A stretch of DNA of 33,249 bases from a virus (Duplodnaviria > Caudoviricetes), in the IMG/VR virus record IMGVR_UViG_3300023252_000177, positions 1 through 33,249 of that record; one strand, 5' to 3'. Made by a program: the position numbers and the translations under genes. Shown here in pieces: positions 7,644-17,568 of this stretch (the stretch's first letter is position 1; the number at the start of each line of letters is the position of its first letter). The notes under the pieces were generated by a model, which was not told where the DNA came from, searched no databases, and saw nothing but the letters and a program-made list of their open reading frames with translations.

Positions 7644-8693
7644 TCATAACGCACCCGATTGTGACGTTTCATCGTTGAATTTCAGGTGTAAGGGGGCTGG
7701 CACATCGGGATCACTGTTGACGGCATCCGCTATCATGCGTTGAACCGGGATCACCTCATCTTTGCGGTAGGTTTCGCGGGCTTTCTCCGGGTCGCCCAGG
7801 CCTGCCGTATTCCCTGGAATAATCCCCGCCAGGCCAGCCGGGAACCGGTGCGCCGCCAGAATGTCTTGGGCACTGATGTTTTTCACGTTGGCAAATTCAT
7901 CCTTTGCGCTGATGTCGCCGATCGGGATGAATTTAATGCCCTCCGGGTCACCTTTCGGGATATTTACAAACAAGGTGCTGAAATTGCCGATCCCCTTGCT
8001 CTGCTCCAGGCTTTGCACGATTTCATCCTCCACCTCAGTGCTCAAGTTGGGGTCATTGGTGTAGATGATGCCACCCGTGTGTGCGCCGTTGTGGTAGTAG
8101 CGGCGGCGAAAGATGGTGGCTTCACTGTTGAGCAACGCGGAGTGGATACCGCCGATGTAGTCCGGCAGGCCGTAAACCTGTTGTTGTGGGTCGTATTGCT
8201 TCAAAAAAATCACATCCTCCGGCGCAAACACCAGGGGTTCCCCGTTCTGCAGGACAACCAGGGAATCATCCTTGCGGCGGCGGGTATAAAGTGAGGGCAG
8301 TGGGGCCAGGGCGCAGACGTCGCCCCAACCGTTACGCACTTTCGCAATGGCCAGATCACCAAAGGTAAAATAGTCGAATACCCCGCCTTTGAGTTCCTGG
8401 TGTGTCAAACCGCCGCCCTGGTAATCCGCCGCCACCATGTTATGCCGGGCGTACAACACACCGCCGTGCTGGCCGTTGAGGTTAACCAACTGCGCCAGCG
8501 CCAGGCGGTCAATCGGCAGCGTGTAGTGGTCAAAGTCGTTGTCATACCAAATCTCCCGGTAATCGGTGCCGGTGGTGAGTACCGGTTCCGGCTTGCCCAG
8601 GGTGGCAATGCTCATTTTGCGCGCCGGGCCTGTAGCGGCGGCGCGTTGGTGGTTTGCCGCTGCACGGCGCTGGCGTTGTTTATTCTTTTTCAT
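7644..8693 (-). CDS. Q: Portal protein (P2 gpQ/PBSX family)
   Basis: YDPQQQVYGLPDY, RRRYYHNGAH, AHRFPAGLAGI motifs; ATG 8693 overlaps the terminase stop. Confidence 0.95.
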   Translation of the reverse strand: MKKNKQRQRRAAANHQRAAATGPARKMSIATLGKPEPVLTTGTDYREIWYDNDFDHYTLPIDRLALAQLVNLNGQHGGVLYARHNMVAADYQGGGLTHQELKGGVFDYFTFGDLAIAKVRNGWGDVCALAPLPSLYTRRRKDDSLVVLQNGEPLVFAPEDVIFLKQYDPQQQVYGLPDYIGGIHSALLNSEATIFRRRYYHNGAHTGGIIYTNDPNLSTEVEDEIVQSLEQSKGIGNFSTLFVNIPKGDPEGIKFIPIGDISAKDEFANVKNISAQDILAAHRFPAGLAGIIPGNTAGLGDPEKARETYRKDEVIPVQRMIADAVNSDPDVPAPLHLKFNDETSQSGAL

Positions 8694-10471
8694 GCGGCCT
8701 TTCTCGTTTTCCATGTTGATTTGCGTTGGTTCTCAAAATTGAGCGGCTCGTTATCCACGGCGTGGGCGATGGCAAAAAATACGTCTGCGTGGCCTGTTTC
8801 CTGGGTGCGATCCGCAACAAAGGTCATGCTGTTGCCTTTGGCGGTACTGGTGCGCCGGATGGCCAGGAAGCTGGCCGGGATTTCTTTTTGTTCGTTGTCC
8901 CATTCGATGCGCTGGCTTTCCACCACATCCACCATTTTCAACACCAGGCGCGTTTTGCTCTCCAGGCCATAATGGATGGCCACGGCCTGGCGCATGGCAA
9001 AACCCTGCACCATTTCATACACGCCGCTGCCAATGCCGGTAATGTCGATCCCGATGTGCGTCATGTTGTAGCGTTCAAACAATGCCTTAATCTGGTTGGC
9101 CTGGTGTTTCCAGTTCATCCCCTGCCAGTAGAACGTTGCCAGGACGCGGAAGCGTTCACCGTCATAGAGCGGCGGCGCGATAATCACAAAGGTGGAGGTG
9201 TCGCCGCTGCGCGCCGGGTCGAAGCCGGCCCACACTTCACGATTACCGAATGGGCGTGAGGCGGTGGGGTCATGGTCTTGCCAGAGCGATACCTCAACGC
9301 CGCAGCGTTCCAGCTCGTTGAAGCTGAAAACGCTGTCTCCGCTGTCCACAAACACGCACATATAGAGCATGCTGAATGTGTCGCGGTTGTACTTGTTGCG
9401 CAGTTTGTCGATGCTGGCTAGGTTGAACCCGCCGGCGATCGCATCCTCCATCGTGATGATGTAGCGCCATTGTTCATCTGGGCACAGCCGCCCGCCGTCG
9501 CGCAGTTCTTTGAACGACGGAAACTCCACCTTTTTGCGCTTGGCGTCGCCGCGTTTCCATTCTTCCCCCGTCCAGAACGGGTAAGCCTGGTGCGTTTTAC
9601 TGCTGGGCGTGGAAAAGTAAGTTGTGCGCCACCGGTCATGCGTGGCCATTGCGCTGGCCACCTCATTAAGCCGCGCAAAGTTCTGGATCCAAAAATACTC
9701 ATCCACATACAGGTGGCCGCTGTAGGATTGCGCCGTGTTGGAGTTGGTGGAAAGAAAGCGCAGCTCCGCGCCGTTGCTCAAGCGGATAGGGTTGCCGGTC
9801 AGTGTTACGCCAAAATACTGCTCTGCGATGTTGACGATGTACGAACGGAACACCTCCGCCTGTGGGCGTGATGCTGATAGGAAGATTTGCGGATCGCCGG
9901 TCATTACGGCGTTTTCCAGTGCCTCAAACGCGAAATACCAGGTTGCCCCAATCTGCCGGCTTTTCAGGATATTGCGGATTTGCTGGGTGATATTCAGGCG
10001 CAGGTGTTTTTGGTAGCCGAAAAGGTGCTCATCGGCGAACGCGTCAAAATCTTCCTGCGTTAATGCGGAAATATCATTTTTGCGGTATTTGCGCTTTTTC
10101 TTGCCCCCGTCCTGGTCACTGTCGCCGGCAGCGGAATATTCACCATTTCCCTGGGAAACGACAGCAGCAAGTTTTTCCGCATGTTTGGCTTGCTGAATAC
10201 GCAGTTTGCAATGGTGCGCGATCAGGTTATCGAGTTCTTTTTGCTCCAGGTCTGTTTTGCCGTCGCGGTGGGTTAATACCTGAATACGGCGATTAATTGT
10301 CTCCTCAATACTTTCATGGCTGAGCATATCCGCCCAGCTCCATTTATCTGCCCAATAGTAAACAATCCGCCGGTTGGGCAGATTAAGTTCGGTGGCGATT
10401 TCTTTCGGCGTCCAATGTCTTAAATAGAGTGAACGCGCAACGCCAATAAGTTCGTCTGAATATTTAGCCAT
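8690..10471 (-). CDS. P: Terminase ATPase (large) subunit, gpP-like
   Basis: LKSRQIGATW (Walker A), HLYVDE (Walker B), GFDPARSGD, GHADVFFA. Confidence 0.96.
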   Translation of the reverse strand: MAKYSDELIGVARSLYLRHWTPKEIATELNLPNRRIVYYWADKWSWADMLSHESIEETINRRIQVLTHRDGKTDLEQKELDNLIAHHCKLRIQQAKHAEKLAAVVSQGNGEYSAAGDSDQDGGKKKRKYRKNDISALTQEDFDAFADEHLFGYQKHLRLNITQQIRNILKSRQIGATWYFAFEALENAVMTGDPQIFLSASRPQAEVFRSYIVNIAEQYFGVTLTGNPIRLSNGAELRFLSTNSNTAQSYSGHLYVDEYFWIQNFARLNEVASAMATHDRWRTTYFSTPSSKTHQAYPFWTGEEWKRGDAKRKKVEFPSFKELRDGGRLCPDEQWRYIITMEDAIAGGFNLASIDKLRNKYNRDTFSMLYMCVFVDSGDSVFSFNELERCGVEVSLWQDHDPTASRPFGNREVWAGFDPARSGDTSTFVIIAPPLYDGERFRVLATFYWQGMNWKHQANQIKALFERYNMTHIGIDITGIGSGVYEMVQGFAMRQAVAIHYGLESKTRLVLKMVDVVESQRIEWDNEQKEIPASFLAIRRTSTAKGNSMTFVADRTQETGHADVFFAIAHAVDNEPLNFENQRKSTWKTRKAA

Positions 10472-10489
10472 ATGCCAATTATGCAGGCT

Positions 10490-10553
10490 TTATTTTCGGT
10501 TAACGTTGAATATAAAACGGCTATATTCGGTTAATAGCGCTTATCCGAATATA
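10490..10553. promoter_or_regulatory. Inverted repeats in the divergent late-promoter region, putative activator sites
   Basis: TATATTCGG-N14-CCGAATATA at 10522-10553, plus a second TTCGGTTAA copy near 10495. Confidence 0.5.
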
Positions 10554-10636
10554 TAAGATATTAAGGCAGTGCGGGGCGTGAATTAATTGGCGATACTGCA
10601 CCTGTCGAAACAAACACGAAAGAGAAAGTGGGCTTT

Positions 10637-11476
10637 ATGTCAGATTCGCAGTTAATGACGAATTGGATTTGTGTTTGCGCAGAAGGTAAGACAGTAGACG
10701 GGCGTGATATTAAAAGAAAATGGATCACGGACGCCGCCGAACTTTACGACCCTCATTTATACACGGCGCTGTTATGGCCGGAGCACTCCCGTAATTACGG
10801 TAACCGGGGGCGGGTTTTAGAGTTGATGTGTCAGGAGGGGGATGATGGGGTGATGCGGCTGTATGCCAAGCTTTGCCCAAACCTCTCATTGATGCAGGCC
10901 AACGTGGACGGGCAGTTAATCTTTTGCTCCGCTGAATTTACAACCGATGGCAATTTTCGAGGTACAGGTAAAAGTTACCTGGAAGGGCTGGGCGTTACTG
11001 ATGAACCGGCTAGCGTTTACACCGAACGGATGCGCTTTAGTAAGCGCAATAAAAATAAACGTTATGGCGCATTAAAGCCGCTGGCTTTTGATGAAGTCAA
11101 AGAAATTAACGAGGACAAAATAATGTCAGGCAATAAAAAGAAAGGCTGGCGCAGCATGTTTTCCATTGAGGAAGAGCAACAGCAACCGGAAACACCAGCG
11201 GATGGCGATAAATTGCAGGCGCTGGCGGAAGCCCTTGCGGCCTTTGAATCGCGCCTTGCCGCGTTGGAAGGTAAAACCGAAGAAACGGCCACCGCCGTGG
11301 AAGAAGTGCAGGAAGATGTGGAAACCGTAAAAGAAGTGGTGGATACCCAGGAATTTAAAGCCCTGCGCGACAATATCAGCGGTATCGTGAAAAACTTCAG
11401 TAAGCTGGATAAAAAAGTTACTCAATTGCCGAGCCGCAATCCGGGTAAAGGTCGCCAGCCGTTTAAATTCCTGTAA
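10637..11476 (+). CDS. O: Capsid scaffold/protease gpO-like
   Basis: EGKTVDGRDI, YTALLWPEH, YLEGLGVTDEPAS motifs; helical C-terminus. Confidence 0.92.
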   Translation: MSDSQLMTNWICVCAEGKTVDGRDIKRKWITDAAELYDPHLYTALLWPEHSRNYGNRGRVLELMCQEGDDGVMRLYAKLCPNLSLMQANVDGQLIFCSAEFTTDGNFRGTGKSYLEGLGVTDEPASVYTERMRFSKRNKNKRYGALKPLAFDEVKEINEDKIMSGNKKKGWRSMFSIEEEQQQPETPADGDKLQALAEALAAFESRLAALEGKTEETATAVEEVQEDVETVKEVVDTQEFKALRDNISGIVKNFSKLDKKVTQLPSRNPGKGRQPFKFL

Positions 11477-11524
11477 TTCGTCAGGGTAGTAGAAATTAAA
11501 TCACTCTGTGGGTGAGGGGTAACT

Positions 11525-12541
11525 ATGTTTTTAAATCAACGTGCGCGTGAATTACTCCGCGCATATAGCACGGGGTTGGCTGCTGAATATGGGCAGGATA
11601 CCACCGAGCGTTATTTTTCACTGACCGATCCAAAAGAAACGGCGTTGCGCGCTGCGCTGCTGGAGTCCGTGGATTTCCTGTCCATGATCACCTGCGCCGA
11701 TGTTGACCAACTGACTGGTCAGGTGGTGAACGTGGGCAATCCGGGCATCTTCACCGGGCGTAAAGAAGGCGGGCGTTTTATCCGCAAAACCGGTGTCGAT
11801 GGCTTGGAATATAAACTCTCGGAAACCGACTCCGGCGCGGCGCTGACCTGGGCCATGTTGTCCGTCTGGGCGAACGCCGGCGATGAGAACGAGTTTTTCC
11901 AGCGCATGCAGGAATTTACCAACCAATCTTTTGCCCTGGATATGTTGCGTATCGGCTTTAACGGTAAATCCATTGCGAAAAGTACCGATCCGGAAGAGAA
12001 CCCGAACGGTGAGGACGTCAATATTGGTTGGCAGGAGTTTGTGCGCGCCTATGACAAAAACCAGATCATCACCGATGCAGTGACTCTGGGGGCAGGCGGT
12101 GACTATGTGTCACTGGATGCGATGGCGTCTGACCTTATCAACAGCAAAATTCCGGCGCAGTTCCGCAATGACCCACGTTTGACCGTGTTGGTGGGCGCTG
12201 ACCTGGTGGCGGCAGAACAACACCGCTTGTACCAGGCTGCCGATCGCCCAACGGAAAAAATCGCGGCGCAAATGCTGGGCACGTCCTTGGCTGGCCGTCC
12301 GGCGATTGTCCCGCCGTTCATGCCAGGCAAGCGGATGATCGTGACGCCGCTTAGCAACCTGCACTGTTACACCCAACGTGGCACCCGCCAGCGCAAGGCG
12401 GAGTTTGTGGAAGACCGCAAGCAGTACGAGAACAAGTATCTGCGCAACGAAGGTTACGCCGTGGAATACCCGGAAATGTACGCCGCCTTTGACGAGTCCG
12501 CCGTAACCATTGGCAAGGTGGAAGCACCGAAAGGGGAGTAA
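11525..12541 (+). CDS. N: Major capsid protein, P2 family
   Basis: ALDMLRIGFNG, NPNGEDVNIGW, YLRNEGYAVE motifs. Confidence 0.95.
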   Translation: MFLNQRARELLRAYSTGLAAEYGQDTTERYFSLTDPKETALRAALLESVDFLSMITCADVDQLTGQVVNVGNPGIFTGRKEGGRFIRKTGVDGLEYKLSETDSGAALTWAMLSVWANAGDENEFFQRMQEFTNQSFALDMLRIGFNGKSIAKSTDPEENPNGEDVNIGWQEFVRAYDKNQIITDAVTLGAGGDYVSLDAMASDLINSKIPAQFRNDPRLTVLVGADLVAAEQHRLYQAADRPTEKIAAQMLGTSLAGRPAIVPPFMPGKRMIVTPLSNLHCYTQRGTRQRKAEFVEDRKQYENKYLRNEGYAVEYPEMYAAFDESAVTIGKVEAPKGE

Positions 12542-12547
12542 AGCGCA

Positions 12548-13252
12548 ATGTCACTTTCCCCCGCACAACGCCACACGGCCCGCATTCAGGCCGAGCGCAA
12601 ACTCGAACACCGGCAGGCGTTGGCCGGTTGGGACAGCCTGCACCTCCAGGTGCAGGCAATGGAGCGGGATATCCGCCGGCTGCGGGAGTTGCCGCGCACC
12701 GCTGACCGCATCGCCATGAAACGCGATGAGTTGTTGCCGCGCTGGCTGCCAACGGTGGAAACGTACCTGGCGGAGGGGGAGGTTTATGCCAATCCCATTT
12801 TTGCCTGGTGTGTGATCTGGCTGTTTGACGTGGGGGATTTTGACAAGGCACTCGATTGGGCTGATCTGGCAATTGCCCAGCGCCAGCAGACACCGGACAG
12901 GCTAAAGCGCAGCTTTGCCGCGTTCGTGGCGGATACGGTACTGGCCTGGTCAGAAGAGGAAGCCAGCCGGGGTAACAGCCTGGAGCCGTATTTTTCCCGC
13001 ACCTTTGCCAACGTGCGGGACAACTGGCGGCTGCATGAGGAAATCAGCGCCAAGTGGTTCAAGTTTGCCGGGCTGATGCTGCTACTTGATGACAACGGCC
13101 AGCCGCTGGCCAGCGCCGTGAATGATGTGGCGACGCTGAACCAGGCGGATGAATTATTAGCCCAGGCGCAGGCATTTAACCCCAAAGGGGCCGGCGTCAA
13201 AACGCAGCGGCAGAAAATTGCGGCCAGGCTGCGGGCGCTGGAAAAAGAATAA
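12548..13252 (+). CDS. M: Terminase small subunit gpM-like
   Basis: MSLSPAQRH, IWLFDVGDFDKAL, GVKT motifs; follows capsid. Confidence 0.9.
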   Translation: MSLSPAQRHTARIQAERKLEHRQALAGWDSLHLQVQAMERDIRRLRELPRTADRIAMKRDELLPRWLPTVETYLAEGEVYANPIFAWCVIWLFDVGDFDKALDWADLAIAQRQQTPDRLKRSFAAFVADTVLAWSEEEASRGNSLEPYFSRTFANVRDNWRLHEEISAKWFKFAGLMLLLDDNGQPLASAVNDVATLNQADELLAQAQAFNPKGAGVKTQRQKIAARLRALEKE

Positions 13253-13351
13253 AAGACTACCGCAAGCCAAAGCGGGCGCGGTGGAGGCAAGGCACTACGG
13301 TGCGATGTGCTATGGAAACCGGTCTGCCCGCTTTTTTTCGGAGTAACGACG

Positions 13352-13804
13352 ATGTTTAACGGCAAGGCCACGGATTACCAGGACGCCACGTTAACCAATA
13401 ACGGATTTTGGCCGGATTTGAGCCTGGCGGATTTCCAGGAACGGCGCAGCATTCCGCCCGATATTGACGCGGACACCCTGGGCGCGGCCCTGGTGGCCAG
13501 CGTAGCGGAAATTAATCTCGACCTGGCCAAGCTGGCGGGCCAGCTACAGGCGAAAGGTTATACCCAGGCCAGCGCCGTGCCAGGGGTGAAGATTGGCGAC
13601 AAAACCGCGCTGATCGCGCAGTACGAAAAAGCGGTATTCGCCAGGGCAAAGGCGGATTTGTTGGGGGAGTATTCGACGCAGTTTAGCCGGGCACCCAGCG
13701 CCGGCCAGGAAAACCCGGAAACACGCAGCCGGCTGCTGGCAGAAGCCGCCACGGTGCTGCGCAATATGAAGGGGGCGCGGCGTTCATCGGCGCGGCTGGT
13801 ATGA
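13352..13804 (+). CDS. L: Head completion protein gpL-like
   Basis: NNGFWPDLSL, YEKAVFARAKADL; SD GGAG before ATG 13352. Confidence 0.88.
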   Translation: MFNGKATDYQDATLTNNGFWPDLSLADFQERRSIPPDIDADTLGAALVASVAEINLDLAKLAGQLQAKGYTQASAVPGVKIGDKTALIAQYEKAVFARAKADLLGEYSTQFSRAPSAGQENPETRSRLLAEAATVLRNMKGARRSSARLV

Positions 13805-14304
13805 GCAAGTTAGAGGCGCTGACTGCGTTTCTCCAGGCCAATTTGCCACCGCGTGTGGCCAACCTGGAATTTAACAGCGACATGGAAGAAGTGAGTTTTA
13901 TTCCGGCGCAGCGGGATATGGGGCTGAACCAGTATCAACTGGCGGTGATGCAGTATGAAGCGGTGTTGTCCTGGGGGCGTTTCCCTTATCGCCAATTTGA
14001 CCCGCGCAACCTGTGCGCGATGTTGTTGGCCTGGCTGATTGAGAACGCCGATGAGGGGCTGATTGAACAAGGGTTTGAGCTGTTTATGCCGGAGCTGGCG
14101 ATCGTGGTCACGGACGATAAAACGGCGTTGGTTGAGGTGGTTCTCAAGATGGCGGAGCCGCTGACGCTGATCCAGGACGATCAGGGGGTAATCCCCTTTG
14201 ACGGGAAGCGCTGGCAGTTGGCAGACCCCGAAATCTGGTGGGCCCTGGAAGGGCATGTTTATGGCGTGGGCAGCACCGGCGCGCCAATCGGTAAAACGCC
14301 GTGA
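13801..14304 (+). CDS. Tail completion protein (gpR-like)
   Basis: MSKLEALTAFL start, synteny after L, ATGA overlap. Confidence 0.7.
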   Translation: MSKLEALTAFLQANLPPRVANLEFNSDMEEVSFIPAQRDMGLNQYQLAVMQYEAVLSWGRFPYRQFDPRNLCAMLLAWLIENADEGLIEQGFELFMPELAIVVTDDKTALVEVVLKMAEPLTLIQDDQGVIPFDGKRWQLADPEIWWALEGHVYGVGSTGAPIGKTP

Positions 14305-15011
14305 TCATCAATGGCGAACTGAGCCGCACCCAGTTGCGGGAAATGCGCAAAGAGTTGGCCAAGCTGGAGTTACCCAAGGCCAAGCGCCAGCGCCTGTTAT
14401 GGCGCATGGCCAAGTACGGGGTGATCGCCGCAGCTAAACGCAATGTGCGTAATCAGCAACAGCCGGATGGCACCCCCTGGGAAGGGCGTAAAACCCGGCG
14501 ACGGGGCAAGATGCTGCGCAATATGCCCAATCTGCTGCACATCCGTGAAATGCCAGAGCAGGAGGCCGTGAGGCTTTATCTTCAGGGCGGCGGATACCGC
14601 AACGGCAATAAAGACGTGCCGGCGGGCGTGGTGGGGTTTGCGCAATCGGCAGGCATGAAAGTTTCCGTTAAGCGGGAACAGGTGGCCGGCAAGAAAAGCA
14701 CCACCGAGCGGCAAGCCACGCTGCGCCAGGCTAAAAAGCTGCGCGCGTTGGGTTACCAGGTGAAACGGGGCAAGCGCTGGCGTAAGCCACCGCTCAAGGA
14801 AATTGTAGGAAATATGTCATTCGCGCAGGCCGGCTTGCTGATCCGCAAGTTGAGCGGCAAGGCGGCCAAAACGGCCTGGACGGTCGATTTACCGTCCCGC
14901 CCGTTCCTGGGCATGAGTGACGCGGACTTTAACAAGGCGTTAGCGCGTCAACTCCAGGCCATTGGGTTTGGCTGGAATGTGAAAGCGCAGGATATGAAGG
15001 GGAAACTATGA
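14301..15011 (+). CDS. Virion morphogenesis/tail completion protein (gpS-like)
   Basis: QQPDGTPWEGRK and LPSRPFLG motifs. Confidence 0.8.
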   Translation: MIINGELSRTQLREMRKELAKLELPKAKRQRLLWRMAKYGVIAAAKRNVRNQQQPDGTPWEGRKTRRRGKMLRNMPNLLHIREMPEQEAVRLYLQGGGYRNGNKDVPAGVVGFAQSAGMKVSVKREQVAGKKSTTERQATLRQAKKLRALGYQVKRGKRWRKPPLKEIVGNMSFAQAGLLIRKLSGKAAKTAWTVDLPSRPFLGMSDADFNKALARQLQAIGFGWNVKAQDMKGKL

Positions 15012-16132
15012 GTTGGCCAATTATTCAGGTTAACCAGGTCAACCGGCACCAGGGCGAAACCAAAGAGATTGAGCGCGTATTGCTGTTTGTCGGTGCCGGC
15101 AAAATCAACATTGGCAAAACGTTGCCGGTGAATACGCAAACTGATTTGGACGTGCTGTTAGGCGCGGGGGATTCGGTACTAAAGAGCAACCTCAAAGCCG
15201 CCATGTTGAACGCGGGGCAAAACTGGTTTGCCTATGTGCATGTGCTGGCGGAAGCCGATGCCGCCAAGAACTGGCCGGCGGCGGTGTTGTCCGCGCAGCG
15301 TGTGGCCAGCTTTGAGGGCATCGTTAACCTGGTGCCGGCCACGCTCGATGTGGTGAAACAGGCGCAAAGCCTGCGGGCGGAGATTATCGCCAAGTTTGGC
15401 CGCTGGCAGTGGTTCATTCTGTCGGTGGAGGCGCTGCAAAAGGGGGAAGTGTGGGCGGAGTATGTGGGGCGCATCAATGACCTGCAAAAGGGCGTAGCGG
15501 AGCCGGCGATCCAATTGGTGCCGCGCCTGTGGGGCAATGAGCCGGGTGTGTTGGCGGGCCGCTTGTGTAACCGCGCGGTGACGATTGCCGATAGTCCGGC
15601 CCGTGTGGCCACCGGGGCATTAGTCGAAATGGGCAGTACGGCCACGCCGGTGGATGGTTCCGGTGAGGTGCTGGAGCTGGCGACGCTCCAGGCGTTGGAG
15701 GCAAACCGTTTTAGTGTGCCGATGTGGTATCCCGATTATGACGGCCTGTATTGGTCGGACGGGCGTACCCTGGATGTAGAGGGCGGCGACTTCCAGGCGG
15801 TGGAAAGCCTGCGCGTGGTGGATAAGGCGGCCCGGCGTGTGCGACTGCTGGCGATCCCTAAAATTGCCGATCGGGCATTGAACAGCACCCCGACCAGCAT
15901 TGCGGCGCATCAGCAGTGGTTTGCCAAGACGCTGCGGGAAATGGCACGCAGTACGCAGATTAACGGCGTGACGTTCCCTGGTGAAGTCAAAGCGCCGCTG
16001 GATGGGGATGTGCAAATTACCTGGCGCACCTCCACCAAAGTGGAAATTTACCTGGTGATCCGTACCTATGAATGCCCGAAAGGCATCACGGTTAGCCTGA
16101 TGTTGGATAACTCGCTGGAGGGCGCAGCATGA
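15008..16132 (+). CDS. Tail sheath protein (DUF2586, HP1-type)
   Basis: LAGRLCNRAVTIADSPARVATG, RFSVPMWYPDYDG, LRVVDKAARRVR. Confidence 0.88.
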   Translation: MSWPIIQVNQVNRHQGETKEIERVLLFVGAGKINIGKTLPVNTQTDLDVLLGAGDSVLKSNLKAAMLNAGQNWFAYVHVLAEADAAKNWPAAVLSAQRVASFEGIVNLVPATLDVVKQAQSLRAEIIAKFGRWQWFILSVEALQKGEVWAEYVGRINDLQKGVAEPAIQLVPRLWGNEPGVLAGRLCNRAVTIADSPARVATGALVEMGSTATPVDGSGEVLELATLQALEANRFSVPMWYPDYDGLYWSDGRTLDVEGGDFQAVESLRVVDKAARRVRLLAIPKIADRALNSTPTSIAAHQQWFAKTLREMARSTQINGVTFPGEVKAPLDGDVQITWRTSTKVEIYLVIRTYECPKGITVSLMLDNSLEGAA

Positions 16133-16584
16133 CCAAAAGGATTTCTGGCCAGTCGGTTGATTTCAATATGGACGGTGATTTAGTCCATGCGGAAAAAGTG
16201 AGCCTGAGCATTACCGACAACACCGCCGCAGCACAAACCCAGGGGGTGCCCGATGGTTGGGTTGCTGGCGACGTAGCCGCCGAGGGGGAAATGGAGTTAA
16301 GCACCAAATCCCTGGCCCAGGTTACCGCCAAGGCGCGGGCCGCCGGCAGTTGGCGCGGTATCCCGCCGATTGATCTGATGTGGTACGCCAAGGCCGGCGG
16401 GGAAGAGCTGAAAGTCGAGGCATTCGGCTGCAAGTTGATTCTGAGTGACATTCTGGATGTTGATCCGAAGGGCGGCAGCATCATGACGCACAAGATTAAG
16501 TTTGTGGTGACCGACGCCGATTTTGTACGCCTGGGCGGCATTCCTTACCTGGAATCTGAATTAACGCAGAACCTGATCGGGTAA
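16129..16584 (+). CDS. Tail tube protein (DUF2597, HP1-type)
   Basis: RISGQS..., GVPDGWVAGDVAAEGE; follows sheath. Confidence 0.85.
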   Translation: MTKRISGQSVDFNMDGDLVHAEKVSLSITDNTAAAQTQGVPDGWVAGDVAAEGEMELSTKSLAQVTAKARAAGSWRGIPPIDLMWYAKAGGEELKVEAFGCKLILSDILDVDPKGGSIMTHKIKFVVTDADFVRLGGIPYLESELTQNLIG

Positions 16585-16593
16585 GGGTGCCAG

Positions 16594-16896
16594 ATGCAAG
16601 AGCATGAAAAAACGTTCTGGAGCCTGTTGTTATTGGGCGCGCTGATTGCTGTTGGCAAGGTGTTAAGCAGTGATGAGCCGATCACTCCGCGCTTGTTTAT
16701 AGGCCGGGTGATCCTGGGAACGGGCACGGCGATGGTGGCGGGGGCGGCACTGATTTGGGTGCCAGGCTTACCCACCATTGGTGTGGTGGGACTGGGGGCC
16801 GCCCTGGGCATTATTGGTCACCAGGTTGTTGAGCTGTGGCTTAAGCGTAAGGGCAGCAACCTGTTAGCGGGGAAGATGAAAGATGATGTTAAGTGA
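16594..16896 (+). CDS. Holin
   Basis: 100 aa, 2-3 hydrophobic helices, basic C-terminus, directly before endolysin. Confidence 0.82.
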   Translation: MQEHEKTFWSLLLLGALIAVGKVLSSDEPITPRLFIGRVILGTGTAMVAGAALIWVPGLPTIGVVGLGAALGIIGHQVVELWLKRKGSNLLAGKMKDDVK

Positions 16897-17224
16897 AAAA
16901 CAGCAGTTGTTTACCGCCTTGATTGGCCAGTTGATCACCTGGGCAGGCGATCACGGTTACCGGCTGACGTTCGGCGAAGCTTACCGCACACCAGAGCAGG
17001 CCGCGCGCAACGCCAAAACCGGCGCGGGTATCGCCAACAGCCTGCACACGCAGCGCCTGGCGGTGGATTTCAATCTGTTTATTAACGGTGAGTACCAGAC
17101 CAACACCGAGGCGTATTTACCGTTGGGTGAATATTGGGAAAGCCTGGGCGGTGCCTGGGGTGGACGTTTTAAGAGTCGCCCGGACGGTAACCACTTTAGC
17201 CTGGAGCATAACGGGGTGCGCTGA
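16883..17224 (+). CDS. Endolysin, M15-family Zn peptidase
   Basis: GEAYRTPEQA, SLHTQRLAVD (SxH..AxD), WGGRF..DGNHF motifs. Confidence 0.9.
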   Translation: MMLSEKQQLFTALIGQLITWAGDHGYRLTFGEAYRTPEQAARNAKTGAGIANSLHTQRLAVDFNLFINGEYQTNTEAYLPLGEYWESLGGAWGGRFKSRPDGNHFSLEHNGVR

Positions 17225-17568
17225 TGGGTAAGGGGGCGTGGTTGGGGCTGCTGGCCCTGGCTGCCAGCTTTGCCGGCGGTTGGCAGGCTAGCGAGTGGCA
17301 CCGGGATAGCCTGGCGCTGGCCATTGACCAGGCCGCCCAGCGGGCCGGTGAAGTCTCCCGCCAGGCGTCGGAAGCGGTGGCCAGTCATTCCGCCAGGCAG
17401 TTGGAAAACAAAATAGAGGCGTTGCGTGATGCTCAACCGAAAGAGATCCGCACCGAAGTGGTTAAGCCGGTATTTACTAACGTGTGCGTGTCTGACGAAT
17501 TTATCCGGCTGTATAACGACGCCGCCGATAAAGCCGAACGTGCCATTTCAGGAAAGTTTACTCGTTAA
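17224..17568 (+). CDS. Inner-membrane spanin (Rz-like)
   Basis: N-terminal TM helix, coiled coil, single Cys near the C-terminus; after endolysin. Confidence 0.75.
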   Translation: MGKGAWLGLLALAASFAGGWQASEWHRDSLALAIDQAAQRAGEVSRQASEAVASHSARQLENKIEALRDAQPKEIRTEVVKPVFTNVCVSDEFIRLYNDAADKAERAISGKFTR

